NCBI GenBank assembly: GCA_964549855.1
Contig: CAZJWV010000002.1
Span: 55,762-119,761 of the forward strand
Direction of reading: 5' to 3'
DNA: 64,000 nucleotides
Origin: an uncultured Ohtaekwangia sp.
Lineage (GTDB): Bacteria > Bacteroidota > Bacteroidia > Cytophagales > Cyclobacteriaceae
The position numbers and the translations under genes were made by a program. Under the pieces are notes generated by a model that was given only the letters and a program-made list of their open reading frames with translations, ran no database searches and was not told where the DNA came from. Positions 29,034 to 40,173 of this stretch are shown in pieces; position 1 is the first letter of the stretch; each line of letters begins with the position of its first letter.

Positions 29034-31433
29034 ATGAATCGAACTATTCGAAAAGTAGCCATCCTCGGATCCGGAGTCATGGGATCCCGCATCGCCTGCC
29101 ACTTCGCCAACATCGGATGCGACGTGTTGCTGCTGGACATCGCACCTCGTGAACTCAATGATGAGGAAAAAACCAAAGGACTTGCACTCGATCATCCGGC
29201 GGTGAAGAACCGCATTGTGAAGTCAGCGTTTGATTCGGCGCTGAAGTCCAACCCGGCGCCACTGTTCAGCAAAAAATTTGGCTCGCGTGTGCGCCTCGGC
29301 AACTTCACCGACGACATGGCGAAGATCAAGGATTGCGATTGGACGATCGAAGTCGTTGTCGAGAATCTCGATATCAAAAAGAAAGTATACGAAGAGGTCG
29401 AAAAACACCGCACCCCAGGAACCCTGATCACTTCTAATACATCCGGTATTCCCATTCACCTGATGGCTGAAGGACGCTCGTCGGATTTTCAAAAGCATTT
29501 TGCCGGAACGCACTTCTTCAACCCGCCACGTTACCTGCGCCTCCTGGAAATCATTCCGACTTCAAGCACGGATCCGGAAGTCACCAAGTTCCTCATGCTG
29601 TACGGCGACCTGTTCCTTGGGAAGACTACCGTTCTTTGCAAAGACACGCCGGCCTTTATCGGAAACCGGGTAGGCATCTACGGCTTGCTGAAGGCGATTG
29701 ACTCCATGCGGAAGTTTGACCTCAACGTAGATGAAATCGATCGGCTCACCGGATCGGTGATAGGCCGGCCCAAGTCGGCGACATTCCGCACATCCGACGT
29801 GGTTGGCCTGGATACCCTCGTGAAAGTGGCTAACAACCTGTACGAGGGCCTGGTGAATGACGAAGCTCGCGAAATGTTCAAGCTCCCGGACGTAGTTAAC
29901 CAACTTGAAAAGAACAAGTGGCTGGGCGACAAAACGAAACAAGGATTCTACAAGAAGACCAAGAACGCGAAGGGTGAGACTGAAATTCTGACTCTCGACC
30001 TGAAGACGCTGGAATACAAGTCGAAGGTGAAAGCAAAGTTCGCTACACTTGACGCAGCGAAGCAGGTTGATAGCCTTCGCGACCGCTTCAAGGTATTGCT
30101 CAGCGGAACCGACAAAGCCGGCGATTTTTATCGCGACGCATTTTTTGGATTGTTCCAATACGTCACGAATCGTATCCCGGAAATCAGCGACGAGTTGTTC
30201 CGCATCGACGATGCCGTATGCGGCGGCTTCGGTTGGGACCTGGGTCCGTTTGAGACCTGGGACGCCGTGGGACTCGAGCAGACCATCCCGCAGATGGAAG
30301 CAGCCGGTTACAAACCGGCAGCGTGGGTGTACGACATGCTCAGTTCTGGTAACAAGTCTTTTTACAAAAGCGAAGACGGCCAGAAAAAGTACTACGACAT
30401 CAGGTCGAAGAGTTATCAATCAATCCCTGGCCGCGAGAGCTTCATCATCCTGGAGAACAAAAAGGAGAGTGTCGTGTGGAGCAATGCCGATTCGAAAATC
30501 TACGACCTGGGAGACGGCGTACTGAACTTCGCATGGCACAGCAAGAGCTACACACTGGGTAGTGCTGTGATCGAAGGGATGAACAAGGCCATCGACATGG
30601 CAGAAAAAGATTACCGAGGATTGGTCATCGGCCACCAAGGACCTGACTTTTCGCTGGGCGCGAACCTCGGGTTGGTTTTCATGTATGCCATAGAGCAAGA
30701 CTACGACGAGATCGATTTCATGATCAAGGCGTTCCAGAATTCAGTGATGCGAATCCGCTATTCGGGTGTGCCCGTGGCCGTGTGCCCGCAGGGAAGAACA
30801 CTGGGCGGAGGATGTGAAATGACCATGCACGCCGACATCGCGCAAGCAGCCGCAGAGACTTACATCGGCCTTGTGGAGGTAGGGGTAGGACTTATACCCG
30901 GCGGTGGAGGAACCAAGGAGTTCACGAAACGTGTTAGTGATGCAACGGAGGAGGGCGACGTAGAGTTGAACGCCCTGCAAAACGCGTTTATGACAATTGC
31001 CACCGCCAAAGTGGCTACCTCTGCGGAGGAAGCCCGCGAAATTGGAGTACTCAAGAAAGTAGACCGGGTCTCCATGAACCGCGATCGCCAAATCGCCGAT
31101 GCAAAGGCAGCGGTGTTGGAATTGGCCGACGCGGGATACACCATGCCCCAGCAGGCGCGCAACATTCGCGTCCAGGGCCGCACTGGCCAGGCACTTTTCC
31201 TCGCAGGACTTCAGGGCATGCTCATGGGACGATACATCTCCGAACATGACGCAAAGGTGTCGCGGTGGATTGCCAACGTGATGTGCGGAGGGGACCTCAC
31301 TTCACCGCAAGAGGTGAGTGAACAATACCTGTTGGATTTAGAACGCGAAGCTTTCTTGTCCCTCACGGGAGAGAAGAAGACGTTGGAACGGATACAAGCG
31401 ATACTAACTGGCGGGAAACCGCTTAGAAACTAG
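29034..31433 (+). CDS. 3-hydroxyacyl-CoA dehydrogenase / enoyl-CoA hydratase fusion (FadN-type)
   Basis: N-terminal NAD fold VAILGSGVMGSRIA. C-terminal crotonase-like GGGCEMTMH. 799 aa. Confidence 0.9.
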   Translation: MNRTIRKVAILGSGVMGSRIACHFANIGCDVLLLDIAPRELNDEEKTKGLALDHPAVKNRIVKSAFDSALKSNPAPLFSKKFGSRVRLGNFTDDMAKIKDCDWTIEVVVENLDIKKKVYEEVEKHRTPGTLITSNTSGIPIHLMAEGRSSDFQKHFAGTHFFNPPRYLRLLEIIPTSSTDPEVTKFLMLYGDLFLGKTTVLCKDTPAFIGNRVGIYGLLKAIDSMRKFDLNVDEIDRLTGSVIGRPKSATFRTSDVVGLDTLVKVANNLYEGLVNDEAREMFKLPDVVNQLEKNKWLGDKTKQGFYKKTKNAKGETEILTLDLKTLEYKSKVKAKFATLDAAKQVDSLRDRFKVLLSGTDKAGDFYRDAFFGLFQYVTNRIPEISDELFRIDDAVCGGFGWDLGPFETWDAVGLEQTIPQMEAAGYKPAAWVYDMLSSGNKSFYKSEDGQKKYYDIRSKSYQSIPGRESFIILENKKESVVWSNADSKIYDLGDGVLNFAWHSKSYTLGSAVIEGMNKAIDMAEKDYRGLVIGHQGPDFSLGANLGLVFMYAIEQDYDEIDFMIKAFQNSVMRIRYSGVPVAVCPQGRTLGGGCEMTMHADIAQAAAETYIGLVEVGVGLIPGGGGTKEFTKRVSDATEEGDVELNALQNAFMTIATAKVATSAEEAREIGVLKKVDRVSMNRDRQIADAKAAVLELADAGYTMPQQARNIRVQGRTGQALFLAGLQGMLMGRYISEHDAKVSRWIANVMCGGDLTSPQEVSEQYLLDLEREAFLSLTGEKKTLERIQAILTGGKPLRN

Positions 31434-31499
31434 GGAGTGCTTGCTCAGCGGGATTGCTTCGCTGCGCTCGCAATTATGGATGAACTAAAAATGTAGAAT

Positions 31500-32675
31500 A
31501 TGGATGCATACATCGTAGCTGGATACCGCACGGCGGTGGGAAAAGCAAAAAAAGGAGGATTCCGGTTTACGCGGCCGGACGACCTGGCTTCGGATGTGAT
31601 CAAGTACATGGTGAAGAACATTCCCGGCCTTGATAACAAAATGGTTGACGACTTGATTGTCGGTAACGCGGTTCCTGAGGCGGAGCAAGGGATGCAGATC
31701 GGCCGGATGATCGCGCTCATGGCGCTGGGTACCGATGTGCCCGGGCTGGTGATCAACCGGTACTGTGGTTCGGGCGTGGAAGCCATCGCCATGGCTAGTA
31801 CCCGTATTCATGCCGGCCAGGCCGATGTGATTATTGCCGGCGGCACTGAGTCTATGTCACTCGTTCCAGTGATGGGATTCAAGACTGCGTTGAACTATGC
31901 CATTGCCAAGGACAACCCGACGTACTACACAAGCATGGGCTTGACTGCCGAGGAAGTGTCGAAGCAATTCAAGATTTCGCGCGAAGAGCAAGATCAGTTT
32001 GCTTATGAGTCGCACGTGAAAGCGGCCAAGGCGTGGAAGGACGGAAAGTTTAAGGATGAAGTCGTACCCATTTCTGTGAAAGAGGTGTACGTGGATGAAA
32101 ACATGAAGAAAAAAACACGTGAGTTCATCGTCGACAAGGATGAAGGCATCCGGGCTGATACCACAGTTGAAGGTTTATCCAAGCTTAAACCTGTTTTCGC
32201 CGCTGGGGGCACGGTAACTGCAGGGAACTCATCTCAAACTTCTGACGGCGCGGCGTTCGTTACCGTAATGAGCGAACAGATGGTTAAGCAACTCAATCTT
32301 AAACCAATAGCACGCATGCTAAGTTATGCAACTGCAGGCGTGGATCCTCGGATTATGGGCATTGGCCCGGTAAAGGCGATTCCCAAAGCATTAAAAATTG
32401 CTGGCAAGAAGCTTGACGATATTGATGTGATTGAATTGAATGAAGCATTCGCAGCGCAATCGCTTGCCGTTGTCAAAGAACTAGGCATTGACCGGTCGAA
32501 GCTAAATCCCAATGGTGGCGCAATTGCCGTAGGGCACCCCCTCGGCTCTTCTGGTGCGAGACTTAGCGTTCAACTTTTCAATGAAATGAGGAGACAGAAA
32601 AAGAAATATGGTATGGTAACTGCGTGCGTTGGCGGAGGCCAGGGCGTCGCTGGCATTTATGAATTGTTAAACTGA
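31500..32675 (+). CDS. Acetyl-CoA C-acyltransferase (thiolase)
   Basis: Thiolase motifs [31 protein letters not shown] and CVGGGQG. Confidence 0.93.
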   Translation: MDAYIVAGYRTAVGKAKKGGFRFTRPDDLASDVIKYMVKNIPGLDNKMVDDLIVGNAVPEAEQGMQIGRMIALMALGTDVPGLVINRYCGSGVEAIAMASTRIHAGQADVIIAGGTESMSLVPVMGFKTALNYAIAKDNPTYYTSMGLTAEEVSKQFKISREEQDQFAYESHVKAAKAWKDGKFKDEVVPISVKEVYVDENMKKKTREFIVDKDEGIRADTTVEGLSKLKPVFAAGGTVTAGNSSQTSDGAAFVTVMSEQMVKQLNLKPIARMLSYATAGVDPRIMGIGPVKAIPKALKIAGKKLDDIDVIELNEAFAAQSLAVVKELGIDRSKLNPNGGAIAVGHPLGSSGARLSVQLFNEMRRQKKKYGMVTACVGGGQGVAGIYELLN

Positions 32676-32693
32676 TAAAATCTGATCTTGAGT

Positions 32694-34496
32694 ATGGCAA
32701 CGATGGCGATGGAGAAGAAGGCGATTAAAGGCGGAGAGTTTTTGATTCGCGAGACTCAGGCAAGCGAGGTCTTCATTCCTGAAGATTTCAATGAAGAACA
32801 GAAGATGATAAAGCAGCAGTGCAAAGATTTCCTGGCTAAGGAGGTTTTTTCCCGGCTCGATGAGATTGATTCCATGAAGGATCCGAAGCTCATGCCTTCC
32901 CTGTTGGACAAAGCAGGAGAGCTGGGTTTGTTGGGAACCTCAGTTCCGCAAGACTTGGGCGGATTCGGAATGGACTTTAACACAACGATGCTTGTGGCGG
33001 AGGCGATCGGCGCTGGTCACAGCGTCGCTGTCGCCATTTCGGCCCATACGGGCATTGGAACGCTTCCCATCCTCTACTACGGCAATGAGGATCAGAAGAA
33101 GAAATACATCCCAAAGTTGGCCACGGGAGAATGGAAGGCGGCTTATTGCCTCACGGAACCAGACTCCGGATCCGACGCGAACTCAGGGAAAACGAAAGCG
33201 GTGCCGACTAAAGACGGAAAGCACTACGTGATCACGGGGCAAAAGATGTGGATCACGAACGGGGGCTTTGCGGATATCTACATAGTGTTCGCGAAGATAG
33301 AGAGCGACAAGAATCTTAGTGCATTTATTGTTGAGCGTTCATTCGGCGGGATCACGATGAATGAAGAGGAAAAGAAGATGGGGATTAAGGGATCCTCCAC
33401 CCGGCAAATTTTTTTCAACGACTGCAAAGTGCCGGCGGAGAACCTGTTGAGTGAACGAGAGAACGGCTTCAAGATCGCAGTGAATATCCTTAACGTTGGG
33501 CGAATCAAACTAGGAATTGCGGCGCTCGGCGGCAGCAAGATGGCTATCGGCAAGGCGATCGTTTATGCAAAGGAGCGTAAGCAATTCGGTGTTCCGATCG
33601 CTTCGTTTGGCGCGATCAAGCACAAGATTGCCGATGTGGTCACGAAGATCTTCGCCAGCGAGTCGGCGCACTATCGTGCCTCGCAGAATATTGACGATGC
33701 TTACAACGCCCTGGTGGCAGGCGGAATGGAATCCGCGAAAGCCCGGTTGAAGTCACTGGAAGAATTTGCCATCGAGTGCGCCATTCTCAAAGTACATGGC
33801 TCGGAAGTGCTTGACCTGGCCGTCGACGAGGGGGTGCAGATCTATGGTGGCATGGGCTTCTCGGCTGAAGGGCCAATGGATAGAGCTTACCGCGATGCCC
33901 GCATCAACCGAATTTTCGAAGGGACGAACGAAATCAACCGCCTGTTAACGATCGACATGCTGATGAAGCGTGCGATGAAGGGCTCCCTGGACTTGATGAC
34001 GCCGACCATGGCGGTACTGAAAGAACTGACCTCAATCCCGGACTTCGGTGCATCAGATGACTCTGCGGTTTTCGCGAAGGAGAAGAAAGTACTGCAGAAC
34101 CTGAAGAAGGCCGGCCTCATGGTATCGGGGGCGGCGGTGCAGAAATTCATGATGAAGCTTTCCGAAGAACAGGAAATCCTCATGAACCTCGCGGACATGC
34201 TGATTGAAGGTTATGTCGCGGAATCCGTTTTGTTGCGGGTTGAAAAGCTGATTGGCATTCGCGGCGAGAAAGCGTGTGGGATACAAAAGGACATAGCTAT
34301 GATTTACCTGCATGAAGCTGCTGAGAAAGCCGCGAGCGCGGGTCGACAGGCGATCTGCTCGTTTGCGGAAGGAGATGAACTGCGCCTGATGCTGCTTGGC
34401 CTGAAGCGATTCACGAAGATCGAGCCATTCAATCTGAAGGAGGCACGACGTCGGGTCGCTGCACACGTGCTGGATAAGGGCGAGTACCCTTTCTAA
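32694..34496 (+). CDS. Acyl-CoA dehydrogenase (long form, about 600 aa)
   Basis: YCLTEPDSGSDA and YGGMGFSAEGPMDRAYRDARINRIFEGTNEINR. ATG at 32694 preferred over TTG at 32688. Confidence 0.9.
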   Translation: MATMAMEKKAIKGGEFLIRETQASEVFIPEDFNEEQKMIKQQCKDFLAKEVFSRLDEIDSMKDPKLMPSLLDKAGELGLLGTSVPQDLGGFGMDFNTTMLVAEAIGAGHSVAVAISAHTGIGTLPILYYGNEDQKKKYIPKLATGEWKAAYCLTEPDSGSDANSGKTKAVPTKDGKHYVITGQKMWITNGGFADIYIVFAKIESDKNLSAFIVERSFGGITMNEEEKKMGIKGSSTRQIFFNDCKVPAENLLSERENGFKIAVNILNVGRIKLGIAALGGSKMAIGKAIVYAKERKQFGVPIASFGAIKHKIADVVTKIFASESAHYRASQNIDDAYNALVAGGMESAKARLKSLEEFAIECAILKVHGSEVLDLAVDEGVQIYGGMGFSAEGPMDRAYRDARINRIFEGTNEINRLLTIDMLMKRAMKGSLDLMTPTMAVLKELTSIPDFGASDDSAVFAKEKKVLQNLKKAGLMVSGAAVQKFMMKLSEEQEILMNLADMLIEGYVAESVLLRVEKLIGIRGEKACGIQKDIAMIYLHEAAEKAASAGRQAICSFAEGDELRLMLLGLKRFTKIEPFNLKEARRRVAAHVLDKGEYPF

Positions 34497-34569
34497 CCAG
34501 GAAACACCGTCGTTTTTTATTGATTTCCTCTTGAACTTCTGAAACCCTGTTCATTATTTAGCGTTTCAG

Positions 34570-34587
34570 TTTAACTGAATAGTTAAA
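34570..34587. promoter_or_regulatory. Candidate TetR operator palindrome
   Basis: Perfect inverted repeat TTTAACT-gaat-AGTTAAA ending 4 nt before the tetR-family ATG (34592). Confidence 0.4.
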
Positions 34588-34591
34588 TCAG

Positions 34592-35212
34592 ATGGTTAAG
34601 GAAAAGCGCGATTCTGGTGCGGAAAAGGCCATTTTGGAGGCAGCTCACCTTGTTTTTACCCGCAAAGGTTTCGCGGCTGCGCGCATGGATGACATCGCCC
34701 GCGAGGCAGGAATCAACCGCGCTCTTTTGCATTACTACTTCCGCAGCAAGGACAAATTGTTTGACCTTGTTTTCGAACACCGTATTCGACAACTCCTGCA
34801 AGGAATGGCGGGCATCGTGGCGAAGGGCATGCCTGTTCGTGAAACTATCCGCGCCATGGTGGAGCATGACATCGACATGGTTCGCGCCAACCCGGACCTA
34901 CCACTCTTTATTCTCCAGGAGCTTCACCACAATCCTGATCGTCTGGTTTCCCTGGCCACTCAGTCCGGCGGGCCTAGAATGATGCTCAAGTTGCTTCAGG
35001 CTCAAGTGAAATCCGCAGTGGCGAGAGGAGAGATAAAGCCCATAGATGGGGGTCAACTACTGATCAACATCATCTCCATGAGTGTCTATCCTTTTGTAGC
35101 CCGGCCCATGGTGAAAGCTGTGCTGGAGTTGGACGAGGATCAGTTTGACAGGATGGTGAAGAAGCGTAAGAAGGAAGTGGCCGATTTTATTCTTGATGCA
35201 CTAAAGCCTTAG
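34592..35212 (+). CDS. TetR/AcrR family transcriptional regulator
   Basis: N-terminal HTH ARMDDIAREAGINRALLHYYFRSKDKLF. 206 aa. Confidence 0.9.
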   Translation: MVKEKRDSGAEKAILEAAHLVFTRKGFAAARMDDIAREAGINRALLHYYFRSKDKLFDLVFEHRIRQLLQGMAGIVAKGMPVRETIRAMVEHDIDMVRANPDLPLFILQELHHNPDRLVSLATQSGGPRMMLKLLQAQVKSAVARGEIKPIDGGQLLINIISMSVYPFVARPMVKAVLELDEDQFDRMVKKRKKEVADFILDALKP

Positions 35213-35215
35213 CCT

Positions 35216-36484
35216 ATGAATTCATACCGAGCGAAATTCTTTAGTCTTGTTTTGGCAGCGATCCCTTTGTCAACGGTTGCCCAGCAGGCAACACTGACCC
35301 TGGAGGAATGTTCTTCTTTGGCGCGTACCAATCACCCGATGATCCGTCAGCATGACCTGATCACCAAATCGTCGGAATACACGATCTCCAATGCGGGCAA
35401 AGCCTATCTCCCGAACATCAGTGTTACAGGAATCGGGGCCTACATCCTGAATGGATTTCCGAGCATGACCCTTCCAGGAGCTGCACCAAAGGAAGATCAA
35501 AAAACACAGGCCATCGCGATCCTTCAGTTGAATCAGACAATTTGGGACGGGGGGGCCACGAAGGCAAGTAAGGAAATAACGCGGGCAGCCTCAGATGCCG
35601 AAAAAGCCGCCATAGACGTTCAGTTGTTTGGCATTCAGCAGCGCGTGAACGAGGTATACTTTGGTCTCTTGTTGGTCGACGAGCAACTTAACCTGTTGGA
35701 TGTAGCTGAGAAAAACCTGAAGGTCAACTATGATCGCCTGAAACTTTCAACAGAGAGCGGCCTTGGCTACCGGGTGGAGGTTGATGAAGTGGAAGCGGAA
35801 CTACTGAAAGTGGGTCAGCGCCGGACGGAGTTTCAATACACACGAATGGCCTTCTCCGACATGCTCTCGTTGCTGATCGGTAAACCGGTGGCGGGAGCGA
35901 CACTCGCAAAACCAGCGGTGACAGAATCTGTGCTAACCTCATCAAGCAATCGACCCGAATTGATCTGGTTTACAAACCGCACCCGGCTGGTTGAAACACA
36001 ATCGGCGATGAACAAGGTTTCCCTTATGCCCAAGGTGGGCTTGCTTGCGGTAGGCCTGTTGGCAAGCCCGGGCATGCAATTCGGGACATCGTCCATTAGC
36101 AACCTCTCACTGGCTGGCATCAGTGTGTCATGGAATACGGGCGGCCTCTATCGCAATAAGAACCTGCGTGAACTGGACCGGATACAGTTGGATCGGGTCG
36201 GCGTAGAACGGGCTGCGTTCGAGTTCAATCAATCCCTGGAACTCAAGCAATACTCGGCAGACGTCGCCAGGCAAAAAGCCATCCTGGAAGCGGATGGAAA
36301 AATTGTGGAACTGAAAGCACGCATCCACCAATCGCAACAGCTCAAGTTTGACAACGGACTCTGTTCGGCATCGGACCTTATTCTCTCCATCAACAATGAG
36401 CAGGATGCACGGAGCAACCAGCAATTGCACCAGATCCAATTGCTTAAGAGTCTTTATGCTTACAAAACCTCACTCGGAAACTGA
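35216..36484 (+). CDS. TolC-family outer membrane efflux protein
   Basis: Signal peptide. Two-repeat OEP architecture with the LTLEEC...N start typical of Bacteroidota TolC-like proteins. 422 aa. Confidence 0.85.
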   Translation: MNSYRAKFFSLVLAAIPLSTVAQQATLTLEECSSLARTNHPMIRQHDLITKSSEYTISNAGKAYLPNISVTGIGAYILNGFPSMTLPGAAPKEDQKTQAIAILQLNQTIWDGGATKASKEITRAASDAEKAAIDVQLFGIQQRVNEVYFGLLLVDEQLNLLDVAEKNLKVNYDRLKLSTESGLGYRVEVDEVEAELLKVGQRRTEFQYTRMAFSDMLSLLIGKPVAGATLAKPAVTESVLTSSSNRPELIWFTNRTRLVETQSAMNKVSLMPKVGLLAVGLLASPGMQFGTSSISNLSLAGISVSWNTGGLYRNKNLRELDRIQLDRVGVERAAFEFNQSLELKQYSADVARQKAILEADGKIVELKARIHQSQQLKFDNGLCSASDLILSINNEQDARSNQQLHQIQLLKSLYAYKTSLGN

Positions 36485-36485
36485 A

Positions 36486-37394
36486 ATGAAAACACTTACC
36501 TCTATGAAGCGGATCACTATTGCGGCAATTGTCTTGTTAGCCCTTCACAGCTGTCGGACCGAAAGCACAGAAGGCGAAGCGTCTGGAACGTTCGAGGCCA
36601 CTGAGGTCATCGTGTCGTCGGAGGTGAACGGAAAAGTCCTCGCCCTGGATATTGTTGAGGGACAAACGCTCACCCGGGGACAAGTGGTGGGGATGATTGA
36701 TAGCGCCACGCTTTACCTAAACAAGCTTCAATTATTGCAAAACCAGAAGGCGGTTCTGGCGGGTCGACAAGATATCGGCGCGCAGGTCGACGGTTTGCGG
36801 AAGGAGCTTAACAATGCGTTGGCTGACCAAAAGAGAATCGAGAACCTCGTGAAAGGACAAGTAGCCTCGCAAAAGCAACTCGATGATGCCACCCTCCGCG
36901 TGGAAACCTTGCGGGCACGGATCAAGGCGCAGGAAAGTGTGCTTCAAACGCAAAACTCATCGCTGAATGAACAGGGACGCACCATATCAGCCCAACTAAA
37001 CCTTGTGAACGATCAACTTCGCCGTTGCCGCGTCAGCAACCCGGTAGAAGGTACCGTGATGACGAAATACTGCGAGGCCTTCGAGATGACGGCCGTGGGC
37101 AAGCCACTCTATAAAGTAGCGGACCTTTCGGTGCTGAACCTCCGTGCTTACATCAGCAACGATCAACAAGCCAAAGTGAAAGTAGGGCAAGCCGTAAATG
37201 TGATGGTAGACAGTGGCGATGGCGCGATGAAAACCTACCCGGGTGTGGTGCAGTGGATCAACAGCAAAGCTGAGTTTACGCCAAAGACCATCCAGACAAA
37301 GGATGAGCGTGTCAACCTCGTGTACGCCATCAAGGTAGCGGTGAAGAATGACGGGTATCTCAAGATCGGGATGTACGGAGAAGTAGGCTTTTAA
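36486..37394 (+). CDS. HlyD-family periplasmic adaptor (YbhG-like)
   Basis: Lipobox LALHSC. Barrel-sandwich region, coiled-coil hairpin, then beta-barrel region. ATG at 36486 lies 1 nt after the TolC stop, and the track's 36348 start is an overlap artefact. Confidence 0.85.
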   Translation: MKTLTSMKRITIAAIVLLALHSCRTESTEGEASGTFEATEVIVSSEVNGKVLALDIVEGQTLTRGQVVGMIDSATLYLNKLQLLQNQKAVLAGRQDIGAQVDGLRKELNNALADQKRIENLVKGQVASQKQLDDATLRVETLRARIKAQESVLQTQNSSLNEQGRTISAQLNLVNDQLRRCRVSNPVEGTVMTKYCEAFEMTAVGKPLYKVADLSVLNLRAYISNDQQAKVKVGQAVNVMVDSGDGAMKTYPGVVQWINSKAEFTPKTIQTKDERVNLVYAIKVAVKNDGYLKIGMYGEVGF

Positions 37395-37403
37395 CTGCTC
37401 TTT

Positions 37404-38327
37404 GTGGCAAAGGCTGTTGATGTTCGAAATGTTTCCAAAGCCTTCACCGTTGGCAAGGGGAAGGTGGAGGCGCTGAAGGGAGTCACGCTTTCCGTCGAAC
37501 CCGGCGAGCGTTTTGGACTCGTGGGTCCGGACGGTGCAGGCAAGACCACCTTGTTCCGGATTCTCACTACCCTCATGCTGGCCAATGAAGGCACGGCATC
37601 GGTTGATGGCTTCGACGTTGTGAAAGATTTTGCCGAGATCCGCAAAAGGGTTGGGTACATGCCTGGGCGATTCTCACTTTACCAGGATCTCACGGTGGCC
37701 GAAAACCTTTCATTCTTCGCTACACTCTTCGACACCACGCTTAAAAAGAATTACGATTTGGTGAAAGTGATCTACCAACAAATCGAGCCGTTTGCGAAGC
37801 GCAGGGCAGGAGCCTTGTCTGGCGGAATGAAACAGAAGTTGGCGCTTTGTTGTGCGCTCATCCATCGGCCCAGTGTGCTCTTTCTTGATGAGCCCACCAC
37901 CGGGGTTGACGCTGTTTCAAGGAAGGAGTTCTGGGAATTGCTGCGTGATCTGCAGAAAACAGGGATTTCGATTGTTGTATCGACGCCATACATGGACGAA
38001 GCAAGCCTGTGCGACCGCGTGGCCCTCATGCAGGAAGGCAAGGTTCTTGAGATAAACACACCATCGGGAATCACCGCCAATTTTGGCAAGCCACTCTTTG
38101 CCGTGCGCGCAAAAAACATGTACGCCCTCATGCAGCGCATTCGGGAAGTGGACGCCGTCGCTTCTTGTTATCCTTTTGGCCAACACCATCATGTAGTCTT
38201 CAAAGACACCCGTCTTGGGCTCGAAGGGGCGCGGAATCTGATTGCACCTCTTGCTGAAGGGGATTTGGAAGTTCGTTCGATCACCGCAGGGATTGAAGAT
38301 TGTTTCATGGACTTGATGCATCAATGA
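37404..38327 (+). CDS. ABC transporter ATP-binding protein (NBD 1)
   Basis: Walker A GPDGAGKTT, signature LSGGMKQK and Walker B LFLDEPT. GTG start. Confidence 0.9.
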   Translation: MAKAVDVRNVSKAFTVGKGKVEALKGVTLSVEPGERFGLVGPDGAGKTTLFRILTTLMLANEGTASVDGFDVVKDFAEIRKRVGYMPGRFSLYQDLTVAENLSFFATLFDTTLKKNYDLVKVIYQQIEPFAKRRAGALSGGMKQKLALCCALIHRPSVLFLDEPTTGVDAVSRKEFWELLRDLQKTGISIVVSTPYMDEASLCDRVALMQEGKVLEINTPSGITANFGKPLFAVRAKNMYALMQRIREVDAVASCYPFGQHHHVVFKDTRLGLEGARNLIAPLAEGDLEVRSITAGIEDCFMDLMHQ

Positions 38328-39070
38328 CCCAGGAACTCGCCATATCCGTACGCGACCTTACGAAACGCTTCGGTGATTTTACCGCGGTGGATGGCGTTAG
38401 TTTCGATGTGCACCAAGGGGAGATATTCGGCTTCCTGGGTGCGAACGGGGCGGGCAAGACAACGGCCATGCGTATGCTCTGCGGCCTTTCATTTCCTACC
38501 AGTGGCGTAGCAAAAGTTGCCGGCCTTGATCTCTCCAGCGAGTCGGAGCGAATCAAGCAGCGCATCGGGTACATGAGTCAGAAGTTCTCGCTTTACGAGG
38601 ATCTCACCATCACGGAAAATATCCGCTTCTACGGCGGCATTTACGGTCTTTCGGATGAGCGGATTCGGGAGAAGACTGCCATTATGCTGCGCCACCTGCA
38701 CTTGGAGGATCATGCCAAGGCCCTTACCCGGTCGCTCCCGCTGGGGTGGAAGCAGAAGATCGCTTTCTCCGTGGCGATGCTGCACGAACCAAAAATTGTC
38801 TTTCTCGACGAACCAACGGGTGGAGTCGATCCGATTACCAGGCGCGAATTCTGGACACTCATCTATGAAGCCGCCCACGCCGGTACCACGGTATTCGTGA
38901 CTACCCATTACATGGACGAAGCCGAGTACTGCGATCGTGTGTCGATCATGGTTGATGGCAAGGTCGAGGCCCTCGACACGCCGACGGAATTAAAGAGGCA
39001 GTTCGAGTCTGAAAGCATGGAAGGTGTTTTTCTCAAACTGGCACGAAAAGCAACCCGCTCGGACGTATGA
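38324..39070 (+). CDS. ABC transporter ATP-binding protein (NBD 2)
   Basis: Walker A GANGAGKTT, degenerate signature LPLGWKQK and Walker B VFLDEPT. ATGA overlap with NBD 1. Confidence 0.9.
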   Translation: MTQELAISVRDLTKRFGDFTAVDGVSFDVHQGEIFGFLGANGAGKTTAMRMLCGLSFPTSGVAKVAGLDLSSESERIKQRIGYMSQKFSLYEDLTITENIRFYGGIYGLSDERIREKTAIMLRHLHLEDHAKALTRSLPLGWKQKIAFSVAMLHEPKIVFLDEPTGGVDPITRREFWTLIYEAAHAGTTVFVTTHYMDEAEYCDRVSIMVDGKVEALDTPTELKRQFESESMEGVFLKLARKATRSDV

Positions 39071-40173
39071 GACAGTTTCTTTTTTTCGTTCAGAAGGAGT
39101 TCTTCCACGTATGGAGGGACAAGCGTACCCTTTTCATACTCTTTGGTATGCCGGTAATGCAAATCCTGATTTTCGGGTTTGCCCTAACCAACGAAGTGAA
39201 AAACTCGCGCATCGTGGTGGTCGACATGGCCCGCGACGATGCGAGCCGCGCCATCATCCAGGAGTTGAATGCGAGCAGGTACTTCGACCTTGATGCGGTG
39301 CTGGATCACGCGAATCAATTGGAGCCGGCGTTTCAGCAGGGAAGGATCAAGTTGGCTGTCGTTTTTCCTGCCGGCTTTGCTAACGAGCTGGAGCATGGCC
39401 ACGCCGCCACCGTTCAGTTAATCGCAGACGCCTCTGATCCGAACGTGGCCACTACGGTTTCAAACTATGCAACGAATATCCTCATGACCTATGCGATGAA
39501 TCGTTATGGCAATACTCCGCCGCCGCTGTCTATCGAAACGGAAATGAGAATGTTGTACAACCCGCAGTTGAAAGGTTCCTACAACTTTGTGCCTGGAGTG
39601 ATGGCCATGGTTCTTATGTTGGTTTGTGCCATGATGACCTCGATTTCAATTGTTAGGGAAAAAGAACTTGGAACAATGGAGGTCATCCTGGTATCACCCA
39701 TTGTGCCGATCCGTGTGATTATCGCCAAGATGGTGCCCTACTTTCTGCTGTCCGCGGTCAACATCGGAAGCATATTGTTATTAAGCGTGTTTGTCCTTGA
39801 TGTACCCATCCAGGGAAACCTCGGACTGCTCGTCACTGAATGTCTCTTATTCACGGTAACGGTGCTCTCGCTGGGATTGCTCATTTCCTCGGCGGCGAAT
39901 TCTCAGCAAGTAGCCATGCTCATCTCGCTCATGGGCCTCTTTCTCCCGACGATGATGTTGAGCGGCTTCATGTTCCCCGTCGAGAACATGCCGGTCCCCC
40001 TTCAAGTCATTTCCAACCTGGTACCAGCCAAATGGTTTTACTACATCATGAGGGATGTGATGATCAAGGGCCTGAGTTTTGACTATGTGTGGAAGGAGAC
40101 CCTGATTCTTGGCGGGATGACCCTGTTCTTCATGGTGGTCAGTTTGAAGAAATTCAAAACCCGCCTGGAATGA
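39067..40173 (+). CDS. ABC-2 type transporter permease (YbhS/YbhR-like)
   Basis: One N-terminal TM helix, a large periplasmic loop, then 5 C-terminal TM helices. ATGA overlap upstream. Confidence 0.85.
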   Translation: MRQFLFFVQKEFFHVWRDKRTLFILFGMPVMQILIFGFALTNEVKNSRIVVVDMARDDASRAIIQELNASRYFDLDAVLDHANQLEPAFQQGRIKLAVVFPAGFANELEHGHAATVQLIADASDPNVATTVSNYATNILMTYAMNRYGNTPPPLSIETEMRMLYNPQLKGSYNFVPGVMAMVLMLVCAMMTSISIVREKELGTMEVILVSPIVPIRVIIAKMVPYFLLSAVNIGSILLLSVFVLDVPIQGNLGLLVTECLLFTVTVLSLGLLISSAANSQQVAMLISLMGLFLPTMMLSGFMFPVENMPVPLQVISNLVPAKWFYYIMRDVMIKGLSFDYVWKETLILGGMTLFFMVVSLKKFKTRLE